Notes under the pieces: model-generated
Seen by the model: only the letters and a program-made list of their open reading frames with translations
The model's database searches: none
What the model was told of the DNA's origin: nothing
Shown here: one piece after another, positions 11,831-25,045 of the stretch
Layout of the letters: each line of letters starts with the position of its first letter
Numbering within the stretch: position 1 is the stretch's first letter
Made by a program: the position numbers and the translations under genes
From: Chiloscyllium plagiosum
Taxonomy: Eukaryota
Reading direction: 5' to 3'
Length of the DNA stretch: 51,970 nt
Assembly: GCF_004010195.1 (NCBI RefSeq)
Contig: NC_057719.1
Location: 7,048,230 to 7,100,199, forward strand

Positions 11831-13765
11831 TATTTATTCCTATTTCCTGTCATTTGTTAGTAAATTCAGTATGCGAATGAAACACGACTGTTATTTGTCC
11901 TATTAAGTTCTAGTCATGTCTCTTAACTGTTTGTTCAAAAGTCTTTAAGTATTTTGATATTTCATGAAGCCATTTTGCTTGAGAGTCACCAAGTAATCTC
12001 ATCAGAAATTTAGCAAAATAATCTTGACCCAAATTGTCGAGAATGTTGAACTCACTACCACAAGAAATGTTGAAACGACTTGTGTATTTAAAGGCAGACT
12101 AGGCAAGTGTATGAGGGAGAAAGTTATTGAGGATGTTAAAGGGGAATTCAGGAAAATAAATTATGGATTTAAGTGAGGAAAGATGGAAGGAGGCTCAAAT
12201 GGAGGACAGATGGTTGCATTGACTGGTTTGGTTGAAAGGTCTGTTTGATTTGGATATCTTAGGCAATGTAGGTGTGCAATCATGTCGTCTGAAACTATCA
12301 CAATAAAGGTGGGTGTGTACAGATATAATTTTGAAAAATATACTCTTGCACACGTGGTCTCTCACCATAAGCATGTTCACACTTGGAAACCTCTTAGCAA
12401 ATTGTACTTTACCATATATAAATTTGTTCACTGCATTCACCATCATTCGTTTCCATCATGTATGGTAACCATAATTCCTTTTTTAATTACTAAAATGAAC
12501 ATTATAACATTTAAATCAGTTTACGTTTTTAGAGTTGTCAATCAACAACAGTGTGGGAATAACTAAGCTCAGGCTTCAACCTGACAGCAGCCTGCAATTG
12601 CAGTAACTTGAAATTGAATGATGGTTCTCACACAACAGTTATCACTGGTTTAGATTTCAGTCATTATAGAGAACTATAAATTAATTTTGAACTATACATT
12701 TTAGAGTAGAATTGTATTGGTTAATTTGCACAGCTGTAATGCTTTTCATTTGAGAACCATAAGTAAATGGATCCATTTAATTGGGGATCATTACAGCAAG
12801 TATTAGAAAATACAGCGCAGGAGCAATGCAGTCAACAACCCTTGTCAAATGAATATGCATATGTTCGGCTCATTAGGGAAGAAGGGAAAAGAAAGTCGGT
12901 GTAACTCTTAAAAACCCTTGGGATCTATGTTTGAACTTTTACAAAGCTCACTTGTTACTGTGGAATTTTCTTGAAATCCCATAAACAAGGGAACTGTCCT
13001 TTTTTTTTGGTTTTTTTCATGATTTATTTTAGCAAGCGTTTGAATTATTAACTTGAACCTGCACTTATTTCATGTTAACTTTGCACTTGAAGGTGTGGGT
13101 GAATTCAATTATCATTACAAAAGCTCTGACTTTGAGGTAGTAGAAAGGAGAATCAAGGGCTTCATCTCGCTTATCTTTTGGCTTTTTTATTTGAGCATGT
13201 GGTTTATTTTCACTGATCTTAATGTCCCATGCTTTTCCTTAATTTGCTTTGCTGTCCTTCACTCCATTCAGTCACGCAGGTCTTCAGATTAATATGTATT
13301 GTGTGTGTGTACATGTAAGGAAGTGTAAAAAAATGACACTGGGACATAATGTTTGGAAAGATTGCAACTTATTCTTTAAATGCCATGCTGCACTATTGGG
13401 AAGGAAGAAGCTAAAAGGTGTTTGGACAAGATGTTAAAACACTGATGAATATCTGGACTTCTAGAAGGTCTTCAGTAAGGTGCTGCAGAGGAGGCTGCTG
13501 AGTAAGATAAGGGCCCGTAATATTAAAGGCAAGGTACGAGCATGGATAGAAGATTGGCTGTCTGGAAGAAGGCAGGGAGTGGGGATATAAGGGTGCTTCT
13601 CAGAATGGAAGCCAATGTTTAGTAGTTCCACAAGGGTCAGTGTTAGAACTATAACTTTTCACTTTATACATGAATGATTTGAATGAGGAACTGAGGTCAT
13701 TGTGGCTAAGTTTGCAGATGGTACAAGGATAGGGAAAGGGGAAGGTAGCATTGAGGAAGCAGGGA

Positions 13766-13885
13766 GGAGAAAGTGAGGTCTGCAGATGCTGGAGATCAAA
13801 GTTGAAACTTTATTGCTGGAACAGCACAGCAGGTCAGGCAGCATCCAGGGAACAGGAGATTCGACGTTTCGGATTCCTGAAGAAG
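13766..13885. mobile_element. Short Penelope pseudo-LTR-derived insertion
   Basis: gagaaagtgaggtctgcagatgctggag... flanked by the perfect 15-bp TSD TTGAGGAAGCAGGGA (13751-13765 and 13886-13900). Confidence 0.88.
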
Positions 13886-14365
13886 TTGAGGAAGCAGGGA
13901 TCCTGGTGAAAGATTTAGGTTAGGAGAGTGGGCAAAGAAGTGGCAGATGAAATACAGTAGGGAAAGTTTGAGGTCATGCACATCAGCAGGAAGAGTAGCG
14001 GCATGGACTATTTTCTAAACAGGGAGAAAATTTAAAGTGTAAAATGTAAAGGGACTTAGGAGTCTTTTCATCTTTCCTGAGGTATTGATCCATGATTCTG
14101 TTAAGGTAAACTTGCAGGTTGAGTCAGTAGTCAGGAAGGCAAATGTAATGTTGTCGTTCATCTTGAGAAATGTGAGGGGAACGGATAGGGTAAATAGACA
14201 AGGTATTTTCTGTGGGTGGGGAAGTCCAGAACTAGAAGGCACAGGTTTAGAGTGAGGGGAGAAGATTTAGAAGGGACCTAAGGAGCAACTTCTTCACACA
14301 GCGTGGAATGTGTCTGGAATTAGCTGCCAGAGGAAGTGGTAGAGGCTGGTACAATTACAACATTT

Positions 14366-14708
14366 CAAAGAGTGTGGAGCTGGAAAAGCACAGCAGGTCA
14401 GGCAGCATACGAGGAGCAGCAGTGTTGACGTTTCGAGCATGAACTCCCCTTCAGGAATAGGGGCGGCCCAAGGGGGATGGGGCTTTGGGGAAAGTAGCTG
14501 GGAATGTGGTAGTTAGATGAAGGTGGGCAGTAATGGTGATAGGTTGGACAGGAAGATGGAATGGATAGGTGGGAAGGGAGATGCCGAGTTAGAGGATTTA
14601 AACTGGGATAAGTTGGAGGCAGTTGGGGATAGTTGTTCCTCTGCTGCCTGATTCCAGCACCACACTTTTCAGCTCTGATCTCCAGCATCTTCAGTGCTCA
14701 CTTTCTCT
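14366..14708. mobile_element. Penelope pseudo-LTR-derived insertion with inverted ends
   Basis: 14-bp TSD CAATTACAACATTT (14352-14365 and 14709-14722). The two ends are partial reverse complements. Confidence 0.88.
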
Positions 14709-16794
14709 CAATTACAACATTTAAAGGGCATCTGGATGGGAAGAGTGTACAGGGATGTGGACCAACTGCTGGCAGATAGGACTAGATTAATTTAGGATAT
14801 CTGGTTAGTCTGGCAAATTGGACTGAAGGGATATTTCTCTGACAAAAATATAAAAGCAGGGATGTACCTCTGATGCTTTATAAGGCTCTGGTCATACTAG
14901 ATTTAGAATATTGTGAGCAAGTTTGGGCCCAATACCTCAGGAAGGATGTATTCGTCCTGGAGTGGATCCAGAGGAGGTTCATGAGAATGATTCCAGGAAT
15001 GAAAGGCTTAACATATGAGGAACTTTGGGACAATACTCAATGGACTTTGGAAGGATGAGGGGGGATCTCACTGAAACCTGCAGAATACTGAACGGCCTGG
15101 ACAAATTGCACATTGGGATGGTCTTTCCATTGGCAGGAGAGACGAGGACCCGAGGGCACAGCCTAAGAGTAAAGGGAAGACCCTTTAGAACAGAGATAAA
15201 GGGAAACGTCTTTAGCCAGAGAGCAGTGAATCTGTGGAATTCATTATCATAGAAGGCTGAGGAGGTCAGGTCGTTGAATATAATTAAAACAGAGTTAAGT
15301 TCTTAATTGCCAAGAGGACCAAAGTTGCAGGGAAAAAGCGGGGAAAAAGGGTTTGAAAAACCTGTCAGCCATCGTTTAATGGTGGAGCAGACTCAATGGG
15401 CCAAATGGTGTAATTTCTGCTTCTGTTGAGCCAATATGTCTGGTAATTTATAGAATGTAAAAAATCCCAGTGCACTATTTGTGGAAAAGCAGACTCGTTT
15501 TTATCAAGTGTTTTTAAAACGCCTTATTGAATCCCTGGTGCTGTTTATTGTTAAGTTCTGTCATAAGGCCGACCACATTGCACCAATTAAAGCACAAATG
15601 TATTCTTTAATGAAAATGAAAGCATGAATCCCAAGAACAATAATTGATAAGTAATTTAATACTGGGTAATTACATAAGCATTGGTATGTTGGGTATTTAG
15701 AGTTAGCAGGTCTCCAGCATGGAGACAGGCCCTTTGGTCCATGCCAACCAAAACCCCATTTCCCTGCACTTGCCCATATCCTTCTCATCCTTTCCTAACC
15801 ATGTATTTATTCAAATGCCTTTTAAATGTTGTTAATGTACCTGCCTCAATCACTTCCACTGGAAGCTCATTTCATTTGCGTACCACCCTCTGTGTAAAAA
15901 AAGTTGCTCCTCAGGTTCCCTTTTATTCTTTCCCCTTTCACCTTAAACTGATGCCCTCTCGTCCTCGATTCCCTAACCCTGGGAAAAAGACTGAGTGCAT
16001 TCACCCTATCCGTGCCTCTCATGATCTAGATTCCCCCCCCTCCTCAGTCTCCTACACTCCAGAAAAAGGTCCTAGCTTGTCCACGTCTCCCTATAACTCA
16101 GGCCATTGAGTCCAGGCAACATCCTTGTAAACCTCTTATGCACTCTTTCCAGTTTAATAACATCCTTCCTATAACAAGGTGACAAAAACTGAACACACTA
16201 ATCCCAAGTGCGGCCTCACCAACATCCTGTACAACTACAACATAACTTCCCAAGTTCTGTACTCAATGCCTTGACTGATGAAGGCCAGTGTGCCAAAAGC
16301 TGCCTTCACTGCCCTGTCTACCTGTGACTCCACTTTTAGAGAATTGTGAATCTCTAATCAAAGATCCCTCTACTCCTTTAATGTTGTACCATTCACCATG
16401 AAACTCCTAGCTTGATTGGACTTTTCAAAATGCAAGACCTCACACTTACCTATATTAAACTCCATCTGCCATTTCTCTGCCCACTTCCCCAGCTGATCAA
16501 GGTCCTACTGCGATTTCTGATAACCTTCCTTGCTGTCCACTGTACAGCCTATTTTAGTGTCATCAGTGAAGTTACTAATCCTGCCTTGTATATTCTTATC
16601 CAAATCATTGATATAGATTAGAAGCAGTAATGGGCCCAATACTGATCGCTGAGGCACGCCACTAGTCACAGGCCTGCAGTCCGACAGGCATCTTTCCACT
16701 GTTACCCTCTGCTTCCTGCCATCAAGCCGATTTTGTATCCAATTTGCCTGCTCCCCCTGGATTTCATGCGATCTAACCTTCCAGAGCAGTCTAC

Positions 16795-17482
16795 TGTTAC
16801 TACATGGGGTAAACCCTCCTGCTTAATTTAAACCAGTAACACAAAAGATTTATCTTGTGCAATAATCTGTGAATGTTTGAGAGACCGAGAACTACTTAAG
16901 GCAAAAATTAGCAACTTTATTTCTTCAAGTATGACAGAGAATAATTAACTAACAACTATTTACAACTCCTTCCTCTAACCTAACTTTTACCTTCCCTTCT
17001 ATAATACTAGTCCGATTAAGATTCACCAAAAATTCATTTTCAAAACCAGCCAGCTGTCGAATCTTCTATTTGGATCTTTGTGTCGTCTTTTCTTCTGAGG
17101 GACCATGCTTCACAGGTCACAGATCGATAAAAGTACCTTGAAGAGAGCTATTCTCCGGACAGTGTGCAGATGTTGTTGGTTTGGTAGTTCTTCTCTCAAC
17201 TGTTCAATTTTCCCCAGTGTTATACTCCTAAAGCATTGGATTGCGTCATTTAAGATTATCAATATACTAAATTCAAACTTGATTAGAGTTTTGTATTTTT
17301 TTGGGGGTATAATTTAAACTGGCCCAATTTGAATTTGTTTTGTCGTCTCCAGGCAACCAGCTAATAGAGTTGTTTGACCAAATGTTACATTATATCTTGT
17401 TCGGAACACTTGGTACTGTGTCAGGTAGTTCTGCTCGTGTTTAACTCTCTTAAAAGTATAGAACACCCACATCTTTATAACA
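16795..17482 (-). mobile_element. Probable solo LTR (688 bp)
   Basis: TGTTA...TAACA termini. Interrupts contiguous CR1 sequence (agtctac|catgtggaacc) with an imperfect short TSD (ctac/cac). Minus-strand AATAAA near 16916. Confidence 0.72.
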
Positions 17483-20043
17483 CACCATGTGGAACCTTAT
17501 CAAAGGTTTTACTGAACTCTAAATAGACTGTCTACTGGCCTGGCCTCGTCAACCTTCCTGGTCACTTCATCAAAGAACGCTAACAAATTTGTGAGGCTTG
17601 ATCTCCCACTCACAAAGCCATGCTGATTACTCCTAATCAAACTCTGTCTTTCCAAATGCATGTATATCTTATCCCTCAGAATCTTCTCAAGTAAGTTACC
17701 TACCACAGATGATAAGTTTACTTGCCTGTAGTTCCCCAGCTTTTCTTTCCAGCCTTTCTTGAATAATGGCACAACATTCGCTACCCTCCAGTCTTCCAGG
17801 ATCTCACCCGTTGCTAATCACGATGCAAAAGTGTCAGCCAGGGCCCCTGCAATTTCTTCTGTAGCCTCCTGCAGTGGGTAGGGCCAGGAGATTTTTCCAC
17901 CTTCATACATTCTAATACATCGAACACCACCTCTCCTGTGATATGATCTGTCGCCAAGATATCATCGCTAACTTCCCTAAGTTCCCAAGTTGTCTTGTCT
18001 TTCTCCGTGGTAAACGCAGAGGAGAAATATTTAATGAGAACCTCGCCCATCTTCTGTGCTTCTAAACATACATGTCCACTTTGGTCTTTGAGAGGCCCTA
18101 TTCTCTTTCTCTAGTTATTCTTTTTCTGCTAATATACTTAAATAGCCTCTTTGGATTCACTCTAATCTTCTCAGCCATGGCTATCTCGTGCTCCCTTTTC
18201 ACCCTCCTAATTTCCTCCTTCAGCAAACTCCTATATTCCCTGTATACCTCCAGGATTCCTTTAATCCCACCTGCCTGTACCTGAAATACGCCATCTCCTT
18301 TTTTCTGGTCAAAGCCTCAATATCTCTTGTCATCCAGGGTTCCCTATTCCTGCCAACCTTGCCCTTCACCCTCACAAGAAGATATAGACCTTGAACTCGA
18401 GCTATCTCACTTTTAAAGACTTCCCACTTGACAGAGGTCCCTTTGCCTACAAACTACTCAAATCAATCCCTGCAAGCTTCTGTCTAATTCCATCAAAATT
18501 CACCTTGCCCCAATTTAGAACTTGAACCTATGGACCATTTTTGTCCCTCTCCATAACTATTTTTAAAATTAACAAAAATGTGGTATCTGGTCCCAAAGTG
18601 CTCCCCTGCTCTCACCTCAGTCACCTGTTCTGTCCTATTTCTCAAGAGTAGGTTGAGTTTTGCCCCTTTCCAAGTAGGACCCTCTATATACTGCTTGAGA
18701 AAACTTTCCTGAATGCACTTAGCAAATTTCACCCCATCTAATCCCTTAACACTCTGGCAGTTCCAGTCTATGTTAGGAAAATTAAAATTCCCTACTCTGA
18801 CAACCCTATTACTCCTGCAAGTCTCCCCAATCTCCCTGCATATTTGTTCCTCTAATTCCCGTTGACTATTTGGGGGCCAATAGTACAACCCCAACGACGC
18901 CACCATCCCCTTCTTATTTCTTAGCTCCATCCACAAAACCTCACTGGATGATCCTTTCCACTTATTTCATCTCTGATTACTGCTGTGATACTCGCCTTAA
19001 TCAAAAATGCAACTTCCCCTCCTCTCCTTCCATCACCTCTGTCCTGTCTAAAGCACCCGTACCCTTTGATCCTCCCTTAGCCATGCTTCTCTAACGGCTA
19101 TAATATCCCAGTCCCATGTACCTATCCACATCGAGTTCGTCGGTCTTACTTGTCAGCCCTCTTGCATGGCAATAAGTGCAATTTAATCCAACAGGCATTC
19201 CTTGCTCCCTGTCATTTCCAGCCTGACCTGTCTCTTCAACTTAGTATTTCTGATTATTGTATCTCATTCGAGCGTCTCACTTATCTCCCTGCTGTTGAGG
19301 GTCCCACACCGTTGCCAATCTAGTTTAAACCCTCCCTTGCAGCAATAGCAAACCTGGCTGCCAAGATATTGGTCCCCCTCCAGTTCAGGTGCAACCCGTC
19401 CCTCTTGAACAGGTCAGCTCTGCCCTAGAAAAGATCCCAATGATCTAAAAATCGGAATCCCTGCCCCCGCAACCATTTTTAGCCACGCATTCATCTGCAA
19501 TATTCTCTGTTTTCATCCTCACCAGCACGTGGCACCGGAGGTAATCTGGAGATCATCACCAACATGGTCCTGCTTTTTAACTTTTCCTTGCTCTCTCTAA
19601 TCACTCTACAGGATCTCAACCCTATATCTATCTATGGCATTTGTGCCAATGTGTGCAATGACTTCTGGCTACTCACCCTCCCCCTTGAGAATGTTCTGCA
19701 GCCACTCTGAGATATCCTGGACCTTGGCACTGGGGAGGCAACACTGGATTCCAGTTTGCGGCCACAGAATCTTCTATCTGTCCCTCTAACTATTGAGTCT
19801 CCTATCTCTAAGGTTCCGTTTACCTTTATCTTTGCGGCTGTGCCCCAGAGTCGGTCATAGTACCACCAACTTGGCTACTGCTGCTTTCCCCTGAATGGTC
19901 ATCTCCTCCCCAACTATCTGAAATGGAATACTTATTTTTGAGGGGAATGGTCACAGGGGACTTCTGCAGTCTCTGCCTATTCCCTTTGCCTCTCCTGGTG
20001 GTCACACAGTTACATTCTGCCTGCACCTTAGGTGTGACCACCT

Positions 20044-20551
20044 TGTTAGGTTCTTTTTCTTGAGATTCTTACTTAATGCAACTGCAATATGTCAACATCT
20101 CTGAACAGCCAAAAGTTATTGCGCATGTACAAGCTTTGGAGGATCAATTAACACACTTTGCAAAGCTTGTGAAGCGTGCCAAGCAAAGCTCTCGGAACAA
20201 GGGAACAGTTTTTCCTTTATATCAAATCTTACATCACGGTCAGTAATGCCCACAAGACAACCCCCAGCCACTCCCCCACAATGCAGTGACTTGACCATTT
20301 CCAGAAACAATGTAATGTAAATCATCCGTTAGTGGAAAGATCTGTTGTAAAAATTTTTTTAACTACAGGATGTGATCAGAATTTTAATTGCATTGTTCTT
20401 ATTGATTCTGAATAGGAGATGATGATGTAATTTTTTTACTCCGAGCAATAGGAGATGGCAATATCTGCAAGATAGAGAAACATACCATCCTACCCTTGGG
20501 ATATTCAATTTCTTGCACGTCAGCAGAGCAAATTAATGCTTTAACATCTCA
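20044..20551. mobile_element. Probable solo LTR (508 bp), same family as 38944-39539
   Basis: TGTTA...CA termini, 4-bp TSD acct/atct, inserted in CR1 ORF1. Collinear similarity to 38944-39539 (agtaatgcccacaag, cagaaacaatgtaat, gtcagcagagcaa). Confidence 0.72.
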
Positions 20552-21089
20552 ATCTCATTAAAACTCTTATCTATAAAGTGTTCAGCATCTCTGATCCTGA
20601 GTGCATCCAGCTGCAGTTCCCTAACGTTCTCCCAGGAGCTAAGCTGACTTCCCACGGGTGTAGTTATCAGAGGTATTGGAGGTCTCTCTGAGCTTCCACG
20701 ATCTGCAGGAGGAACATGTGACTGCCCTAACTGCCATCTTAACTGTTGTAAAACTAAAAAGGAAAGTTAAAAGAACTTTACCTGAGCTTACCTGTTCCTC
20801 TTGCTGAAACACTGCTCTCCAAAGCATTTGTAGCCAAAGCCTTACTACTTTGCTATCAATGATTTTGCAATAGCACATCTCTCTACCCCTCCACTTTTTT
20901 TTGGTTTCATCTTTACTTTCAAAATAACTGAATTTTGTTTCTTTATATTTAGGTATGAGGTATAAAATTGTGCTACTGTACAACTCTTGCAGCAAGTGTA
21001 ACTTCTTGAACAAATGAATATTCTATTGTGACTGAAACATTATTATGACTGCAGTTTTCATATGCAGTGACTGAATAAATAGTCATACA

Positions 21090-21920
21090 TATAAACATAT
21101 GAGTTAGGAGAACAAATGTCAATTCGGCTCTTCAAACATGCTCCACCATTTAATAGAGCATAGGTGATCCTTTTGTGTTCCAGTTCAACTTTCTCATCTA
21201 CCCTATAAAATCTTAGCTTCTGGTTAGGCAAGAGAATTAATCAAATTGTCTCAATAATGTCTAATGACCCCTCCTTTCTGAGGCAGAAAACACAAAAATC
21301 TCTCAAATCTCTGAGAGAAAACCTGTCCCCTCAGCTCTGTCCCAAAAGGGCAATCCCTAATTTTAAATTAGTGTCCCCGAGGTCTGGACTCAAGGGTCAA
21401 CATCTTTGTCATGTTCCCCTTGTCACTACCATTCAAGTTCTTTTAAACCTAGTCAAATCACCCTCAATTCATATAATGTGCAGTGAAAACTACCTGATTC
21501 TGTCTGGTATTTCTTAATAAGACAACCTACTCATTCTGTTTATCACTGTACCACCTCAAATACATTTTCACCTTTCTTTAAATAAGGAGACCAAATTATA
21601 CATAGTATTTGTGATGCGGTCTCAATAATGCTGTACCATGGCCTCCTGAATTTTATGCTCAATTCCTCTTTAAATAAAGGTTAGTATTTCATTAGTTGCC
21701 TTAACCACTTGCTGTATCTGCATGCTAACATTTTGTGACTCATGCACTACAACACTTAGAATTTCAAGACAATGATGTATCTATTGTCTCCTTCCATTTA
21801 AATGATAGTCTTATTTTTGCCAAAATGAACAACTTCGCATTTTCCTATGTATATGCCATCTGTCATATTTTTGCTCATTTACTTAACCAATCTATATCAG
21901 TCTACGTCCTTATTATAACA
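21090..21920 (-). mobile_element. Old degraded CR1 3' fragment
   Basis: Reverse-strand CR1 3' UTR and ORF2 C-terminal motifs (aaataaggagaccaaa..catagtatt...gcggtctc). Confidence 0.65.
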
Positions 21921-22431
21921 GTCGCATAAATGGGTTAACCCCAGGAAGGGTGAGAGAGGTCGGCACCTAGGGCAGGAGTCTTTTGTGGATATACCCATTT
22001 CAAACGGGTATGCTGTTTTGGAAAATGTAGGGGGTGATGGATTCTCAGGGGAACATAGTTTCTGGTAGTGAGACTAATGCAACGAGGGGTACGTCGGCTT
22101 CCAAGAGATCAATTGTGTTAGGTACAGACAGATGTTTCTGTGGCCAGCAGAGAAAAAGTAGAATGGTGTGTTGTTTCCCTGGTACCAGGATCAAGGATGT
22201 CTCAGAGAGGGTGCAGAATGTTCTCAAGGAGGAGACGGACCAACAGGAGGTCATTGTCCACATTGGAACCAACGGCTTTGGAAGGGAAAAGGTCGAGACT
22301 CTGAAGAGAGGATATAGAAAGTTAGGCAGGAATTTTAAAAGGTGGTCCTCGATGGTAGTAATATCTGGATTACTCCCGATGCTTTGAGCTAGTGAGGCTA
22401 GGAATAGGAGGATCGAGCAGATGAACGTCTG

Positions 22432-22700
22432 GGTAAAAGTGAAGACTGCAGATGTTGGAGGTCAGAGTCGAGAATGTGGTGCTGGAAAAATACAACAGAT
22501 CAGGCAGCATTCGAGTAGCAGGAGAATCGACATTTTAGGAAAAAGCCCTTCATCAGGACAGAGGCAGTGAGCCAAGGGGTTGGCGAGATAAATGGGAGGG
22601 GGGTGGGGCTGGGGTAAGGTAGCTGAGAGTGCACTAGGTTGATGGAGTTGGGGGTAAAGGTGAAATGTTGGAGTGGATAGGTGGGAAGGAAGATTGACAG
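22432..22700. mobile_element. Penelope pseudo-LTR-derived insertion running into the gap
   Basis: gtaaaagtgaagactgcagatgttggag...aaaagcccttcatcagg; same family as 13766 and 26649. Confidence 0.8.
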
Positions 22701-23084
22701 NNNNNNNNNNNNNNNNNNNNNNNNNNNNNNNNNNNNNNNNNNNNNNNNNNNNNNNNNNNNNNNNNNNNNNNNNNNNNNNNNNNNNNNNNNNNNNNNNNNN
22801 NNNNNNNNNNNNNNNNNNNNNNNNNNNNNNNNNNNNNNNNNNNNNNNNNNNNNNNNNNNNNNNNNNNNNNNNNNNNNNNNNNNNNNNNNNNNNNNNNNNN
22901 NNNNNNNNNNNNNNNNNNNNNNNNNNNNNNNNNNNNNNNNNNNNNNNNNNNNNNNNNNNNNNNNNNNNNNNNNNNNNNNNNNNNNNNNNNNNNNNNNNNN
23001 NNNNNNNNNNNNNNNNNNNNNNNNNNNNNNNNNNNNNNNNNNNNNNNNNNNNNNNNNNNNNNNNNNNNNNNNNNNNNNNNNNNN
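22701..23084. other. Assembly gap (N run)
   Basis: 384 N. Confidence 0.99.
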
Positions 23085-24227
23085 GGATTCACATTTTTGG
23101 ATAATTGGAATCTCTTTTGGGGTAGAAGTGACCTGTACAAGAAGGACGGATTGCACCTAAATTGGAAGAGGACTAATATACTGGCAGGGAAATTTGCTAG
23201 AACTGCTTGGGGTGATTTAAACTAGTAGAGTGAGGGTGGGGTGGGGGGAGTGGAACCCAGTGAGATAGTGAGGAAAGAGATCGATCTGAGACTGGTACAG
23301 CTGAGAACAGAAGTGAGTCAAACAATCAGGGACAGGGTAGGACTAATAAATTAAACTGCATTTATTTCAATGCCAGGGCCTAACAGGGAACGCAGATGAA
23401 CTCAGGGCATGGTTAGGAACATGGGACTGGGATATCATAGCAGTTACGGAAACATGGCTCAGGGATGGGCAGGACTGGCAGCTTATATTCCAGGATACAA
23501 ATGCTACAGGAAGGATAGAAAGGGAGGCAAGAGAGGAGGGGGAGTGACATTTTTGATCAGGGATAGCATTACAGCTGTGCTGAGGGAGGATATTCCCGGA
23601 AATACATCCAGGGAAGTTATTTGCGTGGAACTGAGAAATAAGAAAGGGATGATCACCTTATTCCGATTGTATTCTCGACCCCCCCAATAGTCAGAGGGAA
23701 ATTGAGAAACAAACTTATAAGGAGATCTCAGCTATCTGTAAGAATTATAGGGTAGTTATGGTAGGGGATTTTAACTTGCCAAACCTCGACTGGGATTGCC
23801 ATAGTGTTAAAGGTTTAGATGGAGAGGAATTTCTTAAGTGCGTACAAGACACTTTTCTGATTCAGTATGTGGATGTACCTACTAGAGAAGGTGCAAAACT
23901 TGCCCGACTCTTGGGAAATAAGGCAGGGCAGGTGACTGAGGTGTCAGTGGGGGAGCACTTTGGGGCCAGCGACCATAATTCTACTCGTTTTAAAATAGTG
24001 ATGGAAAAGGATAGACCAGATCTAAATTGGAGAAAGGCCAATTTTGAGGGTATTAGGCATGAACTTTCAAAAGCTGATTGGAGGCAGATGTTCGCAGGTA
24101 AAGGGATGGCTGGAAAATGGGAAGCCTTCAGAACTAAGATAACAAGAATCCAGAGAAAGTATATTCCTGTCAGGGTGAAAGGGAAGGCTGGTAGGTATAG
24201 GGAATGCTGGATGACTAAAGAAATTGA

Positions 24228-24368
24228 GGAGAAAGTGAGGTCTGCAGATGCTGGAGATCAGAGCTGGAAATGTGTTGCTGGAAAAGCGCAGCAGGTCAGG
24301 CAGCATCCAGGGAACAGGAGAATCGACGTTTCGGGCATAAGCCCTTCTTCAGGGCTTATGCCCGAAAC
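24228..24368. mobile_element. Penelope pseudo-LTR-derived insertion ending in a fold-back
   Basis: Same family start. Perfect 18-bp inverted repeat at 24328-24345 and 24351-24368. Confidence 0.85.
24325..24352 (-). ncRNA. Minimal hammerhead ribozyme core motif
   Basis: Minus strand reads CUGAAGA-A-GGGC-UUAU-GCCC-GAAA-CGUC. Confidence 0.6.
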
Positions 24369-24369
24369 C

Positions 24370-25045
24370 CTGACAATCAGCAATAGTTTCATGGTCATCA
24401 TTAAACTCTTATTTCCAGATTATTGAATTCATATTGCACCATCTGCCATAGCGGAATGACAGGTTCCAGAACATTGCATGGGTCTCTGGATTAATAATCC
24501 AGTGATAATACCATTAGGCCATTGCCACTCCATTAGACCTGCATTTATTGTCCATCCCAGTTAACAGTCAGCCGCATCACTGTGGGTGTAGAGTCACATG
24601 AGGGAGGTGATGATCCAGTGGTATTATTGCCAAACTTGATAATCCAGAGGCTGTGGTAATGTTCTGGGGATGTGGCTTCAGAGCATGCCATGGCAGGTGA
24701 TGGAATTAAAAGTTTAATGATGACCATTAAACCTCTATCAATTTTTTTGGGAAAAATCTATATCATTTACGAATGTATGTTAAGGAAGCAAATTGCTGTT
24801 CTTACCCAGTCAGGCCTACATGTCATTCCAGACCCACAGTTATGTGATTGACTCTGAACTGGCCTTTGGGATTCGGGATGGGTAATACATGTTGGCCTAG
24901 CCAGCAGGTTGACAGGTTTCACATTAGTGAGCCAGATGAGTTTTACAACAGTTGGCAGTGGTTACCTGGTTGCCATTAAGCTAGTTTTTAATTCCAAACT
25001 TTTTTATTGAATTCAAATTTTGTTATCTTCCATGGTGAGATTCGG
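24370..25045. mobile_element. Cluster of tRNA-derived SINE pieces in both orientations (most complete: + strand, about 24600-24905)
   Basis: agtggtattattgcc...taatccagagg head, cctacatgtcattccagacccacag body, gggatgggtaatacatgttggcctagccagc tail. Confidence 0.65.

Larger units (their letters stand above)
13445..15425 (+). mobile_element. CR1 LINE (RT to 3' UTR) with a nested second CR1 3' end (about 14170-14840) and two Penelope-derived inserts
   Basis: VAKFADGT, LYKALV...LEYCEQVW..YLRKD and TRTRGHSLRVKG...FSQRAVNLWNSL motifs. Confidence 0.85.
15697..20850 (-). mobile_element. Near full-length but dead CR1 LINE (ORF1 Zn-finger/esterase; ORF2 APE endonuclease plus RT), split by two solo LTRs
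   Basis: Collinear minus-strand remnants: MAVRAVTCSSC (ORF1 start, about 20735), IPLKNKYS, WMELRNKKG...GNFNFPNIDW (endonuclease), PLFKKG...GNYRQVNLSSVVGNLLEKILRD...QHGF, SGVPQRSVLGPLL..IYINDLD...NFTDDTK, then the 3' UTR. Confidence 0.9.
21930..24228 (+). mobile_element. CR1 5' portion (ORF1 SGNH esterase and ORF2 endonuclease), interrupted by a Penelope-derived insert and an assembly gap
   Basis: RMVCCFPGTRIKDVSERVQ...VIVHIGTNG; MVGDFNLPNLDW...PTREGAKL...GEHFGASDHN. Confidence 0.88.

Noticed and set aside
22500..23160. Long ORFs of 143-218 aa in the track
   Set aside because: Artefacts of translating through the N gap.
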